From NCBI GenBank assembly GCA_963677895.2, contig CAXXGJ010000038.1, forward strand, positions 128,001 to 192,000: DNA of 64,000 nucleotides. The letters are read 5' to 3'. The DNA comes from Treponemataceae bacterium. GTDB taxonomy: Bacteria > Spirochaetota > Spirochaetia > Treponematales > Rectinemataceae. Positions within the stretch are counted from its first letter, which is position 1. Every line of letters starts with the position of its first letter. Below the pieces are notes generated by a model, which worked only from the letters and a program-made list of their open reading frames with translations, was not told the origin of the DNA and ran no database searches. The translations under genes and the position numbers were made by a program. This document shows, in pieces, positions 47,405 through 57,136 of the stretch.

Positions 47405-48415
47405 CTAGAATCTGAATTGCCTCAACGAAGAACATACTTCTTTTTCATTCATAGAAAAACAGGATTCAATTTTTTTTACGAAATAAATGGGGAGCGGAGC
47501 GGAAAGCGACAGAGGGACATCGGGGAAAGGCTTGTTCTCGAAACGCAGCTCCCAGGCATGGAGATAATAAGGTTGTTCGCTTCGCTTTCCTCCATATTTG
47601 GAATCCCCGAGAAGGGGGTAACCATGGAAGGCCGCCTGTACCCTGATTTGATGCGTGCGCCCCGTGCCGAGTCTGAGGGCGGCGAGGGTAAGCCCGTTTT
47701 TGTATCCGAGCGGAAAGACTTCGGTGATGGCTTCCCGTGGCTCTCCCTCCGCCGAGGGCTTGGCTGCGGAGGGCTGGATGAAGGCGCCATCGGGCTCAGA
47801 TTCGCCGCGTATGAAGCTTTTCCGCAGCGCGAAATCCCTTTCAATGTTTTCCTTCCACGTTGAGCGGGATTTTAGCTCGCCTTCCAGGAGCGCTATATAG
47901 ATCTTATGGATGGCGCCTTTCCTGAGTTCCTCACCGAAGACCCTGGCGCCCGCGATGCTTCGCGAGAAAGCGATGATACCCGAAGTGTTCCTGTCGAGGC
48001 GATGAAGGGGGCCGGGCGTGAAGGCGAGGGAGGTTTCCAGTTTCCCAGCCAGGTAGGCTCTGACCAGTGCGTCGAGGCTGTCGGGGCCGTCGTGAACGAG
48101 GACGCCCATCGATTTATTCAGAAAAAGAAGATCGGCGGTTTCCAGCAGAATGGGAAGGTTTTTAGGGAGCCGCTCGATACCGCCGATTTCAGGACTCCCG
48201 CCGGGAACTTGGATGACATGGCTGAATTCGATGATGTCGCCCTCGCGGCAGCGGTATTCGGGCGGCTGGCGCGCGCCGCCGACGCGGATGTCGCCTTTTC
48301 TCAGCGCTTTATGGATTGCGGAGATAGGCATATCCTTAAGGACTATCCTTAAGATTTTATCGAGCCTCCTGCCGATATCGTTGCGTCCGACGGGCATTTT
48401 GAATACGGAAACCAT
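47405..48415 (-). CDS. RluA/RluC-family pseudouridine synthase with S4 domain
   Basis: RLDKILR, HRLDRNTSG, TGRTHQIR, GDSKYG and LHA motifs. Confidence 0.93.
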   Translation of the reverse strand: MVSVFKMPVGRNDIGRRLDKILRIVLKDMPISAIHKALRKGDIRVGGARQPPEYRCREGDIIEFSHVIQVPGGSPEIGGIERLPKNLPILLETADLLFLNKSMGVLVHDGPDSLDALVRAYLAGKLETSLAFTPGPLHRLDRNTSGIIAFSRSIAGARVFGEELRKGAIHKIYIALLEGELKSRSTWKENIERDFALRKSFIRGESEPDGAFIQPSAAKPSAEGEPREAITEVFPLGYKNGLTLAALRLGTGRTHQIRVQAAFHGYPLLGDSKYGGKRSEQPYYLHAWELRFENKPFPDVPLSLSAPLPIYFVKKIESCFSMNEKEVCSSLRQFRF

Positions 48416-48517
48416 GAGCTCATACTATAGATCGGCTCCGGGCGGGTCAATGAAGTTCGGGACAAAAGACCGTCGAGGCTTGACATTGAGCTTTCAGAAC
48501 GTGAAACTTCGGAAGCG

Positions 48518-48991
48518 ATGAGAAACAACGCCGTTGACCTTCAGACACTCTTTTCAAACCCAATCTTCCTCTCCGCTCTGTTCAGCCTTCTCATCGCCCA
48601 GTTCATAAAAGCTGTCATATCGCTCGTAAAAGCGCGCAGGGAAGCCCTTCGCGAAGCCATGCTCATTTTTTTCTGGAGAACGGGCGGCATGCCGTCCAGC
48701 CATTCAGCCGTGGCAATTTCCATCAGTGCGGCGGTAGCCCTCACCCAAGGATTCTCCGATCTCTTTATAGTGTCGCTATTTCTTTCGCTCATCGTTATTC
48801 GCGACGCGCTCGGCGTACGCCGGTCGGCCGGCCTGCAGTCCAAAGTTCTGAACAGACTCGGCAACGACCTGTCTCTGCGCCTGGGCATCAAGTACGATTC
48901 AGTCAAGGAAGTCCATGGCCATACATGGCCTGAGGTTTTGGTCGGTTCGGTTCTCGGATTCTGCATCGCTTTTGCTTTTTGCAGACTGTAA
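48518..48991 (+). CDS. Divergent PAP2 (DUF212) family membrane protein
   Basis: AQFIK, TGGMPSSHSA, DALGVRR.AG.Q and E..GHT..EV..G motifs. Confidence 0.92.
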   Translation: MRNNAVDLQTLFSNPIFLSALFSLLIAQFIKAVISLVKARREALREAMLIFFWRTGGMPSSHSAVAISISAAVALTQGFSDLFIVSLFLSLIVIRDALGVRRSAGLQSKVLNRLGNDLSLRLGIKYDSVKEVHGHTWPEVLVGSVLGFCIAFAFCRL

Positions 48992-49166
48992 TTAATTCTT
49001 ATCCGATGGTGACGCGCTGTCATACAAAAAATGAAATAACGAGTTATGTATGACAACGCCCCGAAAGCGGCGATTCATGCTAATTGAGGCATTCTTCGAG
49101 AATGCCCTTTTCCTGGGCGTTCTATGTAGTATAGAATCGATTGATCACGCGTAAGGTATAGGGTAC

Positions 49167-51113
49167 ATGCAAGGCACGAAAGTCATTCTTGGGACATACA
49201 ACACCATGCCGGACGGCACTTCGGGGAAAGTCTTCGAACTTACCTATCAGCGTTCGTGGCGCCCATTCCTTTCGAGCCTCTATAAATTCCAGAATATTTC
49301 AGCCGTTCTCTATTATTCGGGAGTCGTCCTGCAATGGATTGAGGAAAACCATCCCGAATTCATACTCCTCCTGGAAGAGATGGCCGACCGGAAGCAGATT
49401 GAACTCTTGGGCGGAGGATATTTCAGCCCTCTTTTCCCCATCCTCCAGCCCTCCGATAAGGTCGGCCAGATAGAAATGCTGACTACCTATCTGCGGAAGA
49501 CCTTCGGCAAACGTCCTTCAGGCGGTTGGCTGTACGAGTACTCTTGGGATGCCGGGCTTCCGATCATATTCCGCAATTCGGGCTTGAACTATTCCTTTTT
49601 GCCCGCTAAAATTCTTTCCGAAGCGGGTTTCATAGAATCGGGGCAGTTTACGCCCCTCGTCACCGAGGATCAAAGAAAGCTGCTCTATATTTTCCCCGTA
49701 TTCGATCTCGAAGAAACCTTCGGCACGCCCCTGCCTTTCGAATCGGCGCTCGAGCGTCTCATGCTGGAATACCCCGAAGGCCGCCTCTATACGATGATGG
49801 TCGACGGTCAATCAGTGCCGGGGATGTGGGAAGCCTCAGGGCTAGAGTCCCCCGATGTCATGTTCGAAAAGTCCTTTGCCTGGTTCCAGAAAAACTGCCT
49901 TTTCGTCGAAACGGTCTCAGCCCAGGCCTATGCGCGAACCCTGAAAAACGCCAGACTCTTCTATCTTTCATCCTGCGCCTCCAAGCGGCTGGGCGTGGGA
50001 TTCGAGGACGAAATCGCGGAATCCCGCAGGCTCCGCGCGCCCTACCTGGCCAAACAGCTCATCCTGCAGAATCCCTCGAGCAAGCACCTCTACGACAAGA
50101 TGTACCATGTCCATTCGCTCATGACGCTGCTGCGGGGCGACAAGGCCAGGAAGAAAAGCGCCCAGGAAGATCTATGGAAGGCGCAGAACGGCGACGCGTA
50201 CTGGGAAGGCGGCGTGGGGGGGATAAGAAGACCGGAAGTGAGGATCAATGCCTACCGATCTCTTATCGAGGCGGAAAAAGCCACGAGGATACACGGAAGT
50301 TTCAGCCCGGGGATAATACTGGACGACATCGACTGCGACGGAGACAGGGAGACGCTTTACCAGGCCGCCGACATGAATTGCTATATACACGAAAAAGGCG
50401 CGTCCGTATTCGAAATCGATTCGTTCAGGAATAAGCAGAATTACTGCTGCGTCTATAACGATGACCCCCTGCGATCCTTGAGCAGTTTTGTGGACAGGAT
50501 TTTCGGCATCGGCTCCTATGACGACGAACTTATAAACCTTGGCCTGCAGACCTACTCGACGCTCGAAAGAGAGAAAAGTCCCTGCAAGGTGGTTTTCAGC
50601 AAGGAGTTCGCGCTCAAGTCGGGATCCTCCCTCCATCCCCTGGCCATAAAGAAAGCTTATTTTTTCCAGAAATCCTGCATCAGCGTCGATATCGAGCTGG
50701 TCAATCGCTCCCAGCACCAAATTCCCCTGCGATATGCACTGGAAGTAAATCTTCAGCCCGCTGCGAGCTGGGAGGACATGGAAATTTTCTCTTCGGTGGG
50801 AAGAGAGAAAGAACAAATCCCCCCGCTCGTAAAAACCCCTTCCTTTACCGCGGAAGCCATAACCTTCCAGATGCTCCAGGGAAAAGAGGCGGTCGAAATA
50901 AGATCGGACAAGCCTTTCCAGATGCGCATGGAGCATGTGATGGACAGACTCGAGACGCCTCAGATCATCAGGCTGCACGATGGACACCTGAACTCCGAAA
51001 CCTCCCCCGGAAAGGGCGAGGCCTTCTATCAGGGAACACACATGCTTTTCGGCTGGGACACGGAGATGACCGCCGATTCCAGCGCTACCTTTTCCCTTTC
51101 GCTTCATTTTTAA
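49167..51113 (+). CDS. GH57-like alpha-amylase/4-alpha-glucanotransferase-family protein (DUF1925/DUF1926 domains), divergent
   Basis: YSG.VL.WIE..HPE, ELLGGGYF.P, FGKRP.GGWL.E, AQ..DAYW.G..GG and D.DCDG..E. Confidence 0.8.
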   Translation: MQGTKVILGTYNTMPDGTSGKVFELTYQRSWRPFLSSLYKFQNISAVLYYSGVVLQWIEENHPEFILLLEEMADRKQIELLGGGYFSPLFPILQPSDKVGQIEMLTTYLRKTFGKRPSGGWLYEYSWDAGLPIIFRNSGLNYSFLPAKILSEAGFIESGQFTPLVTEDQRKLLYIFPVFDLEETFGTPLPFESALERLMLEYPEGRLYTMMVDGQSVPGMWEASGLESPDVMFEKSFAWFQKNCLFVETVSAQAYARTLKNARLFYLSSCASKRLGVGFEDEIAESRRLRAPYLAKQLILQNPSSKHLYDKMYHVHSLMTLLRGDKARKKSAQEDLWKAQNGDAYWEGGVGGIRRPEVRINAYRSLIEAEKATRIHGSFSPGIILDDIDCDGDRETLYQAADMNCYIHEKGASVFEIDSFRNKQNYCCVYNDDPLRSLSSFVDRIFGIGSYDDELINLGLQTYSTLEREKSPCKVVFSKEFALKSGSSLHPLAIKKAYFFQKSCISVDIELVNRSQHQIPLRYALEVNLQPAASWEDMEIFSSVGREKEQIPPLVKTPSFTAEAITFQMLQGKEAVEIRSDKPFQMRMEHVMDRLETPQIIRLHDGHLNSETSPGKGEAFYQGTHMLFGWDTEMTADSSATFSLSLHF

Positions 51114-51175
51114 AACCATACGACCATACTCTTTGCCAGCTTGCCCATTCGGAAGGTTTTCTCCTACAATAGGCT

Positions 51176-52687
51176 ATGCCAGAACAGTTATTTCCATATG
51201 ACCTTTCGGGAAAACGCGTACATTTCATAGGCGCCAAGGGAACGGGCATGGCCGCCCTCGCCGAAATATTCGCCGCCAAGGGCGCCGCGCTTTCGGGCAG
51301 CGATGTACCGGACACCTTTTATACCGACGCGATACTCCGCTCCATCCATATGGACGTGAAGGAATCATTCGACGCTGCCCATATCGGAACCGATCTGGAC
51401 CTGGTCATTTTTTCCGATGCCTACAATCCCATATCCAACCCGGAAATGGCGGAGGCTGCGCGAAGGAACCTGCCCATGTTCAGTTTCGCCCAGGCTCTGG
51501 GTGCCTTGTCCAGGTTGAGCGATTCAAGCGGAGTTTCAGGCGTCCACGGCAAGACGACGACGACGGCGATGGCTGGAAGCATGCTGGCCGCCCTGGGTAC
51601 CCCCGCGACAGTCCTCACAGGATCGGCGGTGTCATCGTTCGGCGATCGCTGCACCTTGATCAGGGGCCAACGCTATTTTGTCGCGGAAACCGATGAATAC
51701 AAGCGGCACTTCATGCACTTTTCGCCCCGACGCATACTGCTCACGAGCGTCGAGAGCGACCATCAGGATTACTATCCGACCTACGAATCGATAGAGCGGG
51801 CCTTTCGCGACTATGTCATGTCACTTCCCGACGGAGGACTCCTCGTGTACTGCGCCGACGACCCTGGAGCCAGGGCTGTGGCCGCCTTCGCGAAGGCGAA
51901 GAGGCCGGGCCTGCGCTTCGCGCCCTATGGCTTTTCCGCCGATGGGCCATGGAAGATCGAGACATGCGTCACGGGGGAAGGGCATACTTCTTTTACTTTG
52001 GGAGCCTGCGAGGCGGGATTCGAGCTTCATGTGCCGGGGCGGCACCTCGTGCTCGACGCGGCGGGAGCCCTGGCTCTCGTTCACGATATCGTAAGGGATT
52101 CGCAAAAGGGCGATGACTGGACTAAGGGGCAGTGGGATTTGGCCGGGGCCGCGCTGGGAGAGTTCCGGGGCTCGCGGCGAAGAAGCGAAATTGTGGGAGA
52201 AGCGGGGGCTGTCCTCATCATGGACGATTATGCCCACCATCCTACGGCCCTGAAGGCGACCATAGCGGGCATCAAGGCGTTCTGGCCGTCGCGGCGACTC
52301 ATCGTCGATTTCATGTCCCATACCTATTCCAGAACCATAGCGCTTATGGATGAATTCGCCGAGAGCCTGGACGATGCGGATTGCGTCGTCCTTCACGACA
52401 TATACGCTTCGGCGAGAGAAAAACTGGTGGAATCCGTCAGCGGCAGAAACCTTTTCGAAAAGGTGAAGGCTCGCAGGAAGGATCTCATCGATCTGTCCGA
52501 TGGAAAAAAATCAGGCATCCGCCGCGGCTTCATCATGTATGAGGATAAACACCAGGATACCGCGGCGAAGCTTTTGCCTCTTCTCCATGAGAATGATCTT
52601 TTTATCACCATGGGGGCGGGCGACAACTGGAAGTTGGGGAGAACGATGCTCGAACAGCTGAGGAAAAAGGAACAAAACAATGCTTAA
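51176..52687 (+). CDS. murC: UDP-N-acetylmuramate--L-alanine ligase
   Basis: HFIGAKGTGM, GVHGKTTTT, ETDEY, DDYAHHPT and TMGAGD motifs. Confidence 0.95.
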   Translation: MPEQLFPYDLSGKRVHFIGAKGTGMAALAEIFAAKGAALSGSDVPDTFYTDAILRSIHMDVKESFDAAHIGTDLDLVIFSDAYNPISNPEMAEAARRNLPMFSFAQALGALSRLSDSSGVSGVHGKTTTTAMAGSMLAALGTPATVLTGSAVSSFGDRCTLIRGQRYFVAETDEYKRHFMHFSPRRILLTSVESDHQDYYPTYESIERAFRDYVMSLPDGGLLVYCADDPGARAVAAFAKAKRPGLRFAPYGFSADGPWKIETCVTGEGHTSFTLGACEAGFELHVPGRHLVLDAAGALALVHDIVRDSQKGDDWTKGQWDLAGAALGEFRGSRRRSEIVGEAGAVLIMDDYAHHPTALKATIAGIKAFWPSRRLIVDFMSHTYSRTIALMDEFAESLDDADCVVLHDIYASAREKLVESVSGRNLFEKVKARRKDLIDLSDGKKSGIRRGFIMYEDKHQDTAAKLLPLLHENDLFITMGAGDNWKLGRTMLEQLRKKEQNNA

Positions 52688-53546
52688 AAGCATGACTGGT
52701 TTCGCGCAGAAAGAATTTGACAGGGATGGAATAGCCGGAAGCGTCCAGCTGAAGTCCTACAATAACCGCTACCTGGACATATCCATTTCCCTGCCGCCGC
52801 AAATATCCTCATTTGAGCCGAAAATCCAGCAGATGCTTGGTGAACGCCTCAACAGAGGAAAGGTCGAGCTCGGCCTTCGGCTGAAGAAAATGAATGTTCC
52901 CATCTCAGTGCGCCCCGACGCGGATGCCGCCAGGGCTGTCTATGACGCGATTTCTTCGATTGCCGCGGCATGCGGGCTGGATGAAAAACCCTCGTTGAGC
53001 CAAATTACCTCATTCGAGGGCGTGCTTTCCTACGAGAAAGATTTCGATGGCGGAACGATCTGGCAACCGATTGCCGACGAAATCGGCCTCGTCCTGGACG
53101 AGTTCGAAGCTTCCAGGGAAAGGGAAGGCCAGGCCACGGAGGCGAATATCTTTTCCGAGCTGGCACGGTTCGAGGAAGCGCTTGCCATCGTACGGAAAAA
53201 TGCAGCCGAGATGGAAAATACCATTAAGCAGCAGCTGCAGTCGAGATTTGAAGAGCTTTTGCCCAAGGGGTACGATGAACAGCGCCTTCTACAGGAAGTC
53301 GCTGTTCAGCTGGTTCGTCTGACCATCAATGAGGAAGTATCAAGGCTGGACGCGCATATTGAGGCTTTCAGAGCCATGGCGCGGGAGGAGGCTCCCGCCA
53401 AGAAAATGGACTTTCTCTGCCAGGAGATGAACAGGGAAACGAACACCATAGGATCCAAGAACATGCTTGTGGCCGTGGCGCATGCTGTCGTGGAAATGAA
53501 GGATGCCCTGGAAAACATCAGGGAGCAGCTGAGGAATGTGGAATGA
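52680..53546 (+). CDS. yicC: YicC/YloC-family endoribonuclease
   Basis: SMTGF, S.NNRYLD, EEVSRL and KMDFLCQEMNRETNTIGSK...EQLRNVE. Confidence 0.93.
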   Translation: MLKSMTGFAQKEFDRDGIAGSVQLKSYNNRYLDISISLPPQISSFEPKIQQMLGERLNRGKVELGLRLKKMNVPISVRPDADAARAVYDAISSIAAACGLDEKPSLSQITSFEGVLSYEKDFDGGTIWQPIADEIGLVLDEFEASREREGQATEANIFSELARFEEALAIVRKNAAEMENTIKQQLQSRFEELLPKGYDEQRLLQEVAVQLVRLTINEEVSRLDAHIEAFRAMAREEAPAKKMDFLCQEMNRETNTIGSKNMLVAVAHAVVEMKDALENIREQLRNVE

Positions 53547-54076
53547 AAAAAAAGCAGGCCGCCATCATCGCTATTTCGGGGAAATCCGGATGCGGAAACA
53601 CTACTGTATCAAAGCGTGTGGCTCAGATTCTCGGATGCGAATTCATCAACTATACTTTCAGGAAACTCGCCGAGGAAGAAGGTAAAAGCCTGGCCGAAAT
53701 CCTGGCGCTCGCCGAGGAAGACTCTTCCTGGGACAGGCTTCTTGATTCGCGGCAAGTGGAGCTGGCGCAAAAACAAGACTGCGTCATCGGCTCCCGTCTC
53801 GCCATGTGGCTTCTGCCCAACGCCTCCTTGAGGGTATACCTCAAGGCCAGCCCGGACGTGCGCGTGGATAGGATTCATGCCCGGGAGGGCGGCAGCAGGG
53901 ACGAAATCGCCGTATTTACCGCGCAGAGGGACATACGCGACCACAGGCGTTACAAAGAAACGTATGGAATCGATACGGACGACGTTTCCAGCGCCAACCT
54001 GGTCATCGATACGGAACGCTGGGACGCGGAACAGATAGCTCGCATCATCGCCGATGCATTCATCGGCAGGAGGTAG
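53543..54076 (+). CDS. cmk: Cytidylate kinase (short, type 2/archaeal-like)
   Basis: ISGKSGCGNTT, FR.LA.E, SRLA.W and RY...YGID motifs. Confidence 0.82.
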   Translation: MKKKQAAIIAISGKSGCGNTTVSKRVAQILGCEFINYTFRKLAEEEGKSLAEILALAEEDSSWDRLLDSRQVELAQKQDCVIGSRLAMWLLPNASLRVYLKASPDVRVDRIHAREGGSRDEIAVFTAQRDIRDHRRYKETYGIDTDDVSSANLVIDTERWDAEQIARIIADAFIGRR

Positions 54077-54079
54077 CGA

Positions 54080-54883
54080 ATGCCGGCTGCCAAGGTTGTC
54101 ATCGTAACCGGCGCTTCTGGCGGAATTGGAAAGGCATGCGCCGCATATCTGGGTGCCCATGGGTACAAGGTATATGGCACAAGCCGATCCGCCGGCGACG
54201 AAATCGAGGAATCGGGCGCTTTTCCCATGATAAAGATGGATGTTACGGATCCGGAATCGGTGACTCGGGGAATCGGAATCGTCATGCGGAGGGAAAGCCG
54301 GCTGGACGCTGTCGTGAACAACGCCGGGCTCCATGTCGTGGGCCCCATCGAGTGCGTGTCGATCAGCGATATCGAGCGATGCTGGCGTACCAATTGCCTC
54401 GGCGCGATGTTGGTGTGCAGGGAGGTTCTTCCGATCATGCGCCTTCAGGGCATCGGGCATATCATCAACCTCAGTTCCGTGGGCGGCGTCGTCGGGCTGC
54501 CTTTCCAGGGAGCTTATTCAGGTTCCAAGTACGCGCTCGAAGGCATGACTGAATCTTTGCGAGCCGAAGTCCGCGGTTTCGGCATAAGCGTTTCCCTGAT
54601 TCAGCCCAGCGATATTCGTCACCAGGATTGCCGAAGCGATACGAAGGTGACCAAGGACTATGAAGAATCTTTTGCCAGGGTAATGAATATTGCCTGGAAG
54701 GACGAGGAAAAGGGATACCCGGCGGAACGGATCGGACCTCTCGTCGAGGGGATCATAGAAAATCCGCATCCTCGGGCGCGCTACACCTTCGGACAGGCCT
54801 TTCAGAGGGCAGTGCCGCTGCTGAAGCGGATCCTGCCGAACCGTTTCGTTGAATGGGCCCTCGGCCTCTATTATAAGGTTTGA
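54080..54883 (+). CDS. Short-chain dehydrogenase/reductase
   Basis: TGASGGIG, NNAG and YSGSK motifs. Confidence 0.92.
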   Translation: MPAAKVVIVTGASGGIGKACAAYLGAHGYKVYGTSRSAGDEIEESGAFPMIKMDVTDPESVTRGIGIVMRRESRLDAVVNNAGLHVVGPIECVSISDIERCWRTNCLGAMLVCREVLPIMRLQGIGHIINLSSVGGVVGLPFQGAYSGSKYALEGMTESLRAEVRGFGISVSLIQPSDIRHQDCRSDTKVTKDYEESFARVMNIAWKDEEKGYPAERIGPLVEGIIENPHPRARYTFGQAFQRAVPLLKRILPNRFVEWALGLYYKV

Positions 54884-54884
54884 T

Positions 54885-55919
54885 ATGTCATTATGCAGAA
54901 AATCTTTCGGAACGCTTTCTTCAGGGGAAGATGTATCGCTCTATCTTCTGGAATCGGGCGAGTATAGGGCATCCTGGAGCGATTATGGCGCCTCCTGGCT
55001 AAGCCTTATGATGCCTGACGCCAGGGGCGTCAGGGACGATGTGCTCCTGGGGTTCTCGAGTTTCTCGCCGTACGCCGCCAAACATCCTTATTTTGGGGCG
55101 ACAATCGGCCGTTTCGCTAACCGTATAGCCGGATCTTCGTTCCTTCTTGCCGGAAAAGAATACAGACTTTTCTCGAATGACGGAGAGAACCACCTGCATG
55201 GAGGGAGGCGGGGCTTCGGACGTCGCCTCTGGAAGGGAGAAATGGATACGATCGGCGGCGATCCCTCGGTCCGTTTTTCGCTCGATAGCGCCGATGGCGA
55301 AGAGGGCTACCCAGGCAACCTCCATGTGGCGGTGAACGTAACGCTGAACCGGATGGGCGAGGTGGTCATCTCCTACGAAGCGGAAGCGGACTGCCTTACG
55401 CCCCTGAACTTGACCAATCACGCCTATTTCAATCTTGCGGGCGAGGGTGGGGGCACGATTTTGGATCATGAGCTCCTCCTGCGCTGCGGCCGCTACCTTC
55501 CCGTGGACGCATCGCTCATTCCCTTGCCGGGAGAGCCCGTCGGGGTAAATGGAACGCCTTTTGATTTCAGGAAAAGCAAAAAGATCGGCGACGATATCGG
55601 TCCATCCCTTTCGGGCTATGATCACTGCTTTGTGGTGGATTCGCTGCCGGCCGATGAACCATTCGCGGTGGTGACGGAAAAAAAACGGGGGCGGCGGCTC
55701 AGCGTTACGACGACGTCGCCGGCCGTACAGTTCTATACAGGAAACTACCTCGATGGCATAATGGGAAAGAGTGGTTCGGTGTATGGAAAGCAATCGGGTT
55801 TCTGTCTTGAAACCCAGTACTACCCCAATTCGCCCAACAGACCGGATTTTCCGTCCTGCAATGTCGAACCGGGGAAAATGTGGAAGCATAGCACAATGTA
55901 TCGCTTCTCTGTACTTTAA
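54885..55919 (+). CDS. galM: Aldose 1-epimerase (galactose mutarotase)
   Basis: GRFANRI, NHLHGG, GYPG, NLTNHAYFNL, YDHCF and FCLETQ motifs. Confidence 0.95.
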   Translation: MSLCRKSFGTLSSGEDVSLYLLESGEYRASWSDYGASWLSLMMPDARGVRDDVLLGFSSFSPYAAKHPYFGATIGRFANRIAGSSFLLAGKEYRLFSNDGENHLHGGRRGFGRRLWKGEMDTIGGDPSVRFSLDSADGEEGYPGNLHVAVNVTLNRMGEVVISYEAEADCLTPLNLTNHAYFNLAGEGGGTILDHELLLRCGRYLPVDASLIPLPGEPVGVNGTPFDFRKSKKIGDDIGPSLSGYDHCFVVDSLPADEPFAVVTEKKRGRRLSVTTTSPAVQFYTGNYLDGIMGKSGSVYGKQSGFCLETQYYPNSPNRPDFPSCNVEPGKMWKHSTMYRFSVL

Positions 55920-56001
55920 GTAGTATGATATTTATGACAGAATAACGTGATTTCAATAGTCTGAATTTGATTATATGCAAATTACTATAGAAGGAGTTTT
56001 T

Positions 56002-57136
56002 ATGTTGGAAGAGATGGCAAAACCGATTTCGGAACTGCAGGCGGAAATAGGCGATATCTGGGGGCGTCTTTGACCCCGATGCCCTTGAGAACTCGGTAAA
56101 GGAAAAGGAAAAACTTACCGCCGAGCCGGATTTCTGGAACGATTCGGCGAGAGCGGGAAAAATATTCGCGCAGATCAAGCAGATAAAGGATAGGGTCGCG
56201 ATATGGAGGGCCCTGACTACCGATGTGGAAGCGCTACGGGAATTCTATGAACTCGCCATCGAGGAAGATCAGCGCGATCTCGAAAAAGACCTACAGAATA
56301 CGCTTGATGACATTCGAAAACGATTCGATTCCGCCGTGATCGTGGAACTTCTTTCGGGAGAGGCGGACGCGTCGGATGCCTATGTCGCCATCCATGCCGG
56401 ATCGGGCGGAACCGAGGCCTGCGATTGGGCGAGCATGCTTCTCAGGGCATATACTCGCTGGGCTGAGCGTCGGAACTTTAAGATGGAAGTCGTTGACATG
56501 CTGGAAGCGGAAGGCGGCATCAAATCGGCGACGATTCAGATCAGCGGGCCTTACGCCTACGGCCTATTGAGAGGGGAAAGCGGCGTGCACAGGCTCGTCA
56601 GGATTTCTCCCTTCGACTCCAACGCCAGAAGGCATACCTCGTTCTCCTCCGTCTATGTGCTGCCCGTTCTCGACGATTCGATTACTATCGAGATCAAACC
56701 CGAGGATATTCGCATCGACACCTATCGATCGGGGGGAGCCGGCGGCCAGAAGGTCAACAAAACCGACTCCGCGGTGCGCATCACCCACCTCGCCACGGGT
56801 ATAGTCGTCACCTGCCAGAACGAAAGAAGCCAGTACAAGAACAAGGACGTGGCGTTCAGCGTGCTGCGTTCCAGGCTTTACGAGTATTACAGGCTTGAAA
56901 AGGAAAAGGAAAACGCGAAATTCCAGAGCGACAAGAAAGAGATAGCCTGGGGATCCCAGATACGATCCTACGTTTTCCAGCCCTACACGATGGTCAAGGA
57001 TCACAGGACCAAGTTCTTCGTCGGAAACGTCCACGAGGTGATGGATGGAGGCTTTGATCCCTTCATAGAAACCTACCTGCGCTGGAAGTGGAAGGGCGGC
57101 GTGCCGCAGTCCGAAGATGATGATGAGGAAGTCTAG
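56002..57136 (+). CDS. prfB: Peptide chain release factor 2 (programmed +1 frameshift)
   Basis: AAGGAG SD and ATG 56002, 23 codons to CTT TGA C (56068-56074). The +1 frame continues with SPF and GGQ motifs. Confidence 0.97.
56059..56074 (+). promoter_or_regulatory. prfB autoregulatory +1 frameshift site
   Basis: TGGGGG-CGT-CTTTGAC: internal SD-like sequence 3 nt before the slippery CTT TGA. Confidence 0.95.

Noticed and set aside
55915..56001. AT-rich patch as a foreign DNA remnant
   Set aside because: Under 100 nt and directly upstream of the prfB SD, so more simply a promoter region.
56002..56224. prfB as a truncated gene or pseudogene
   Set aside because: Explained by the canonical programmed frameshift.
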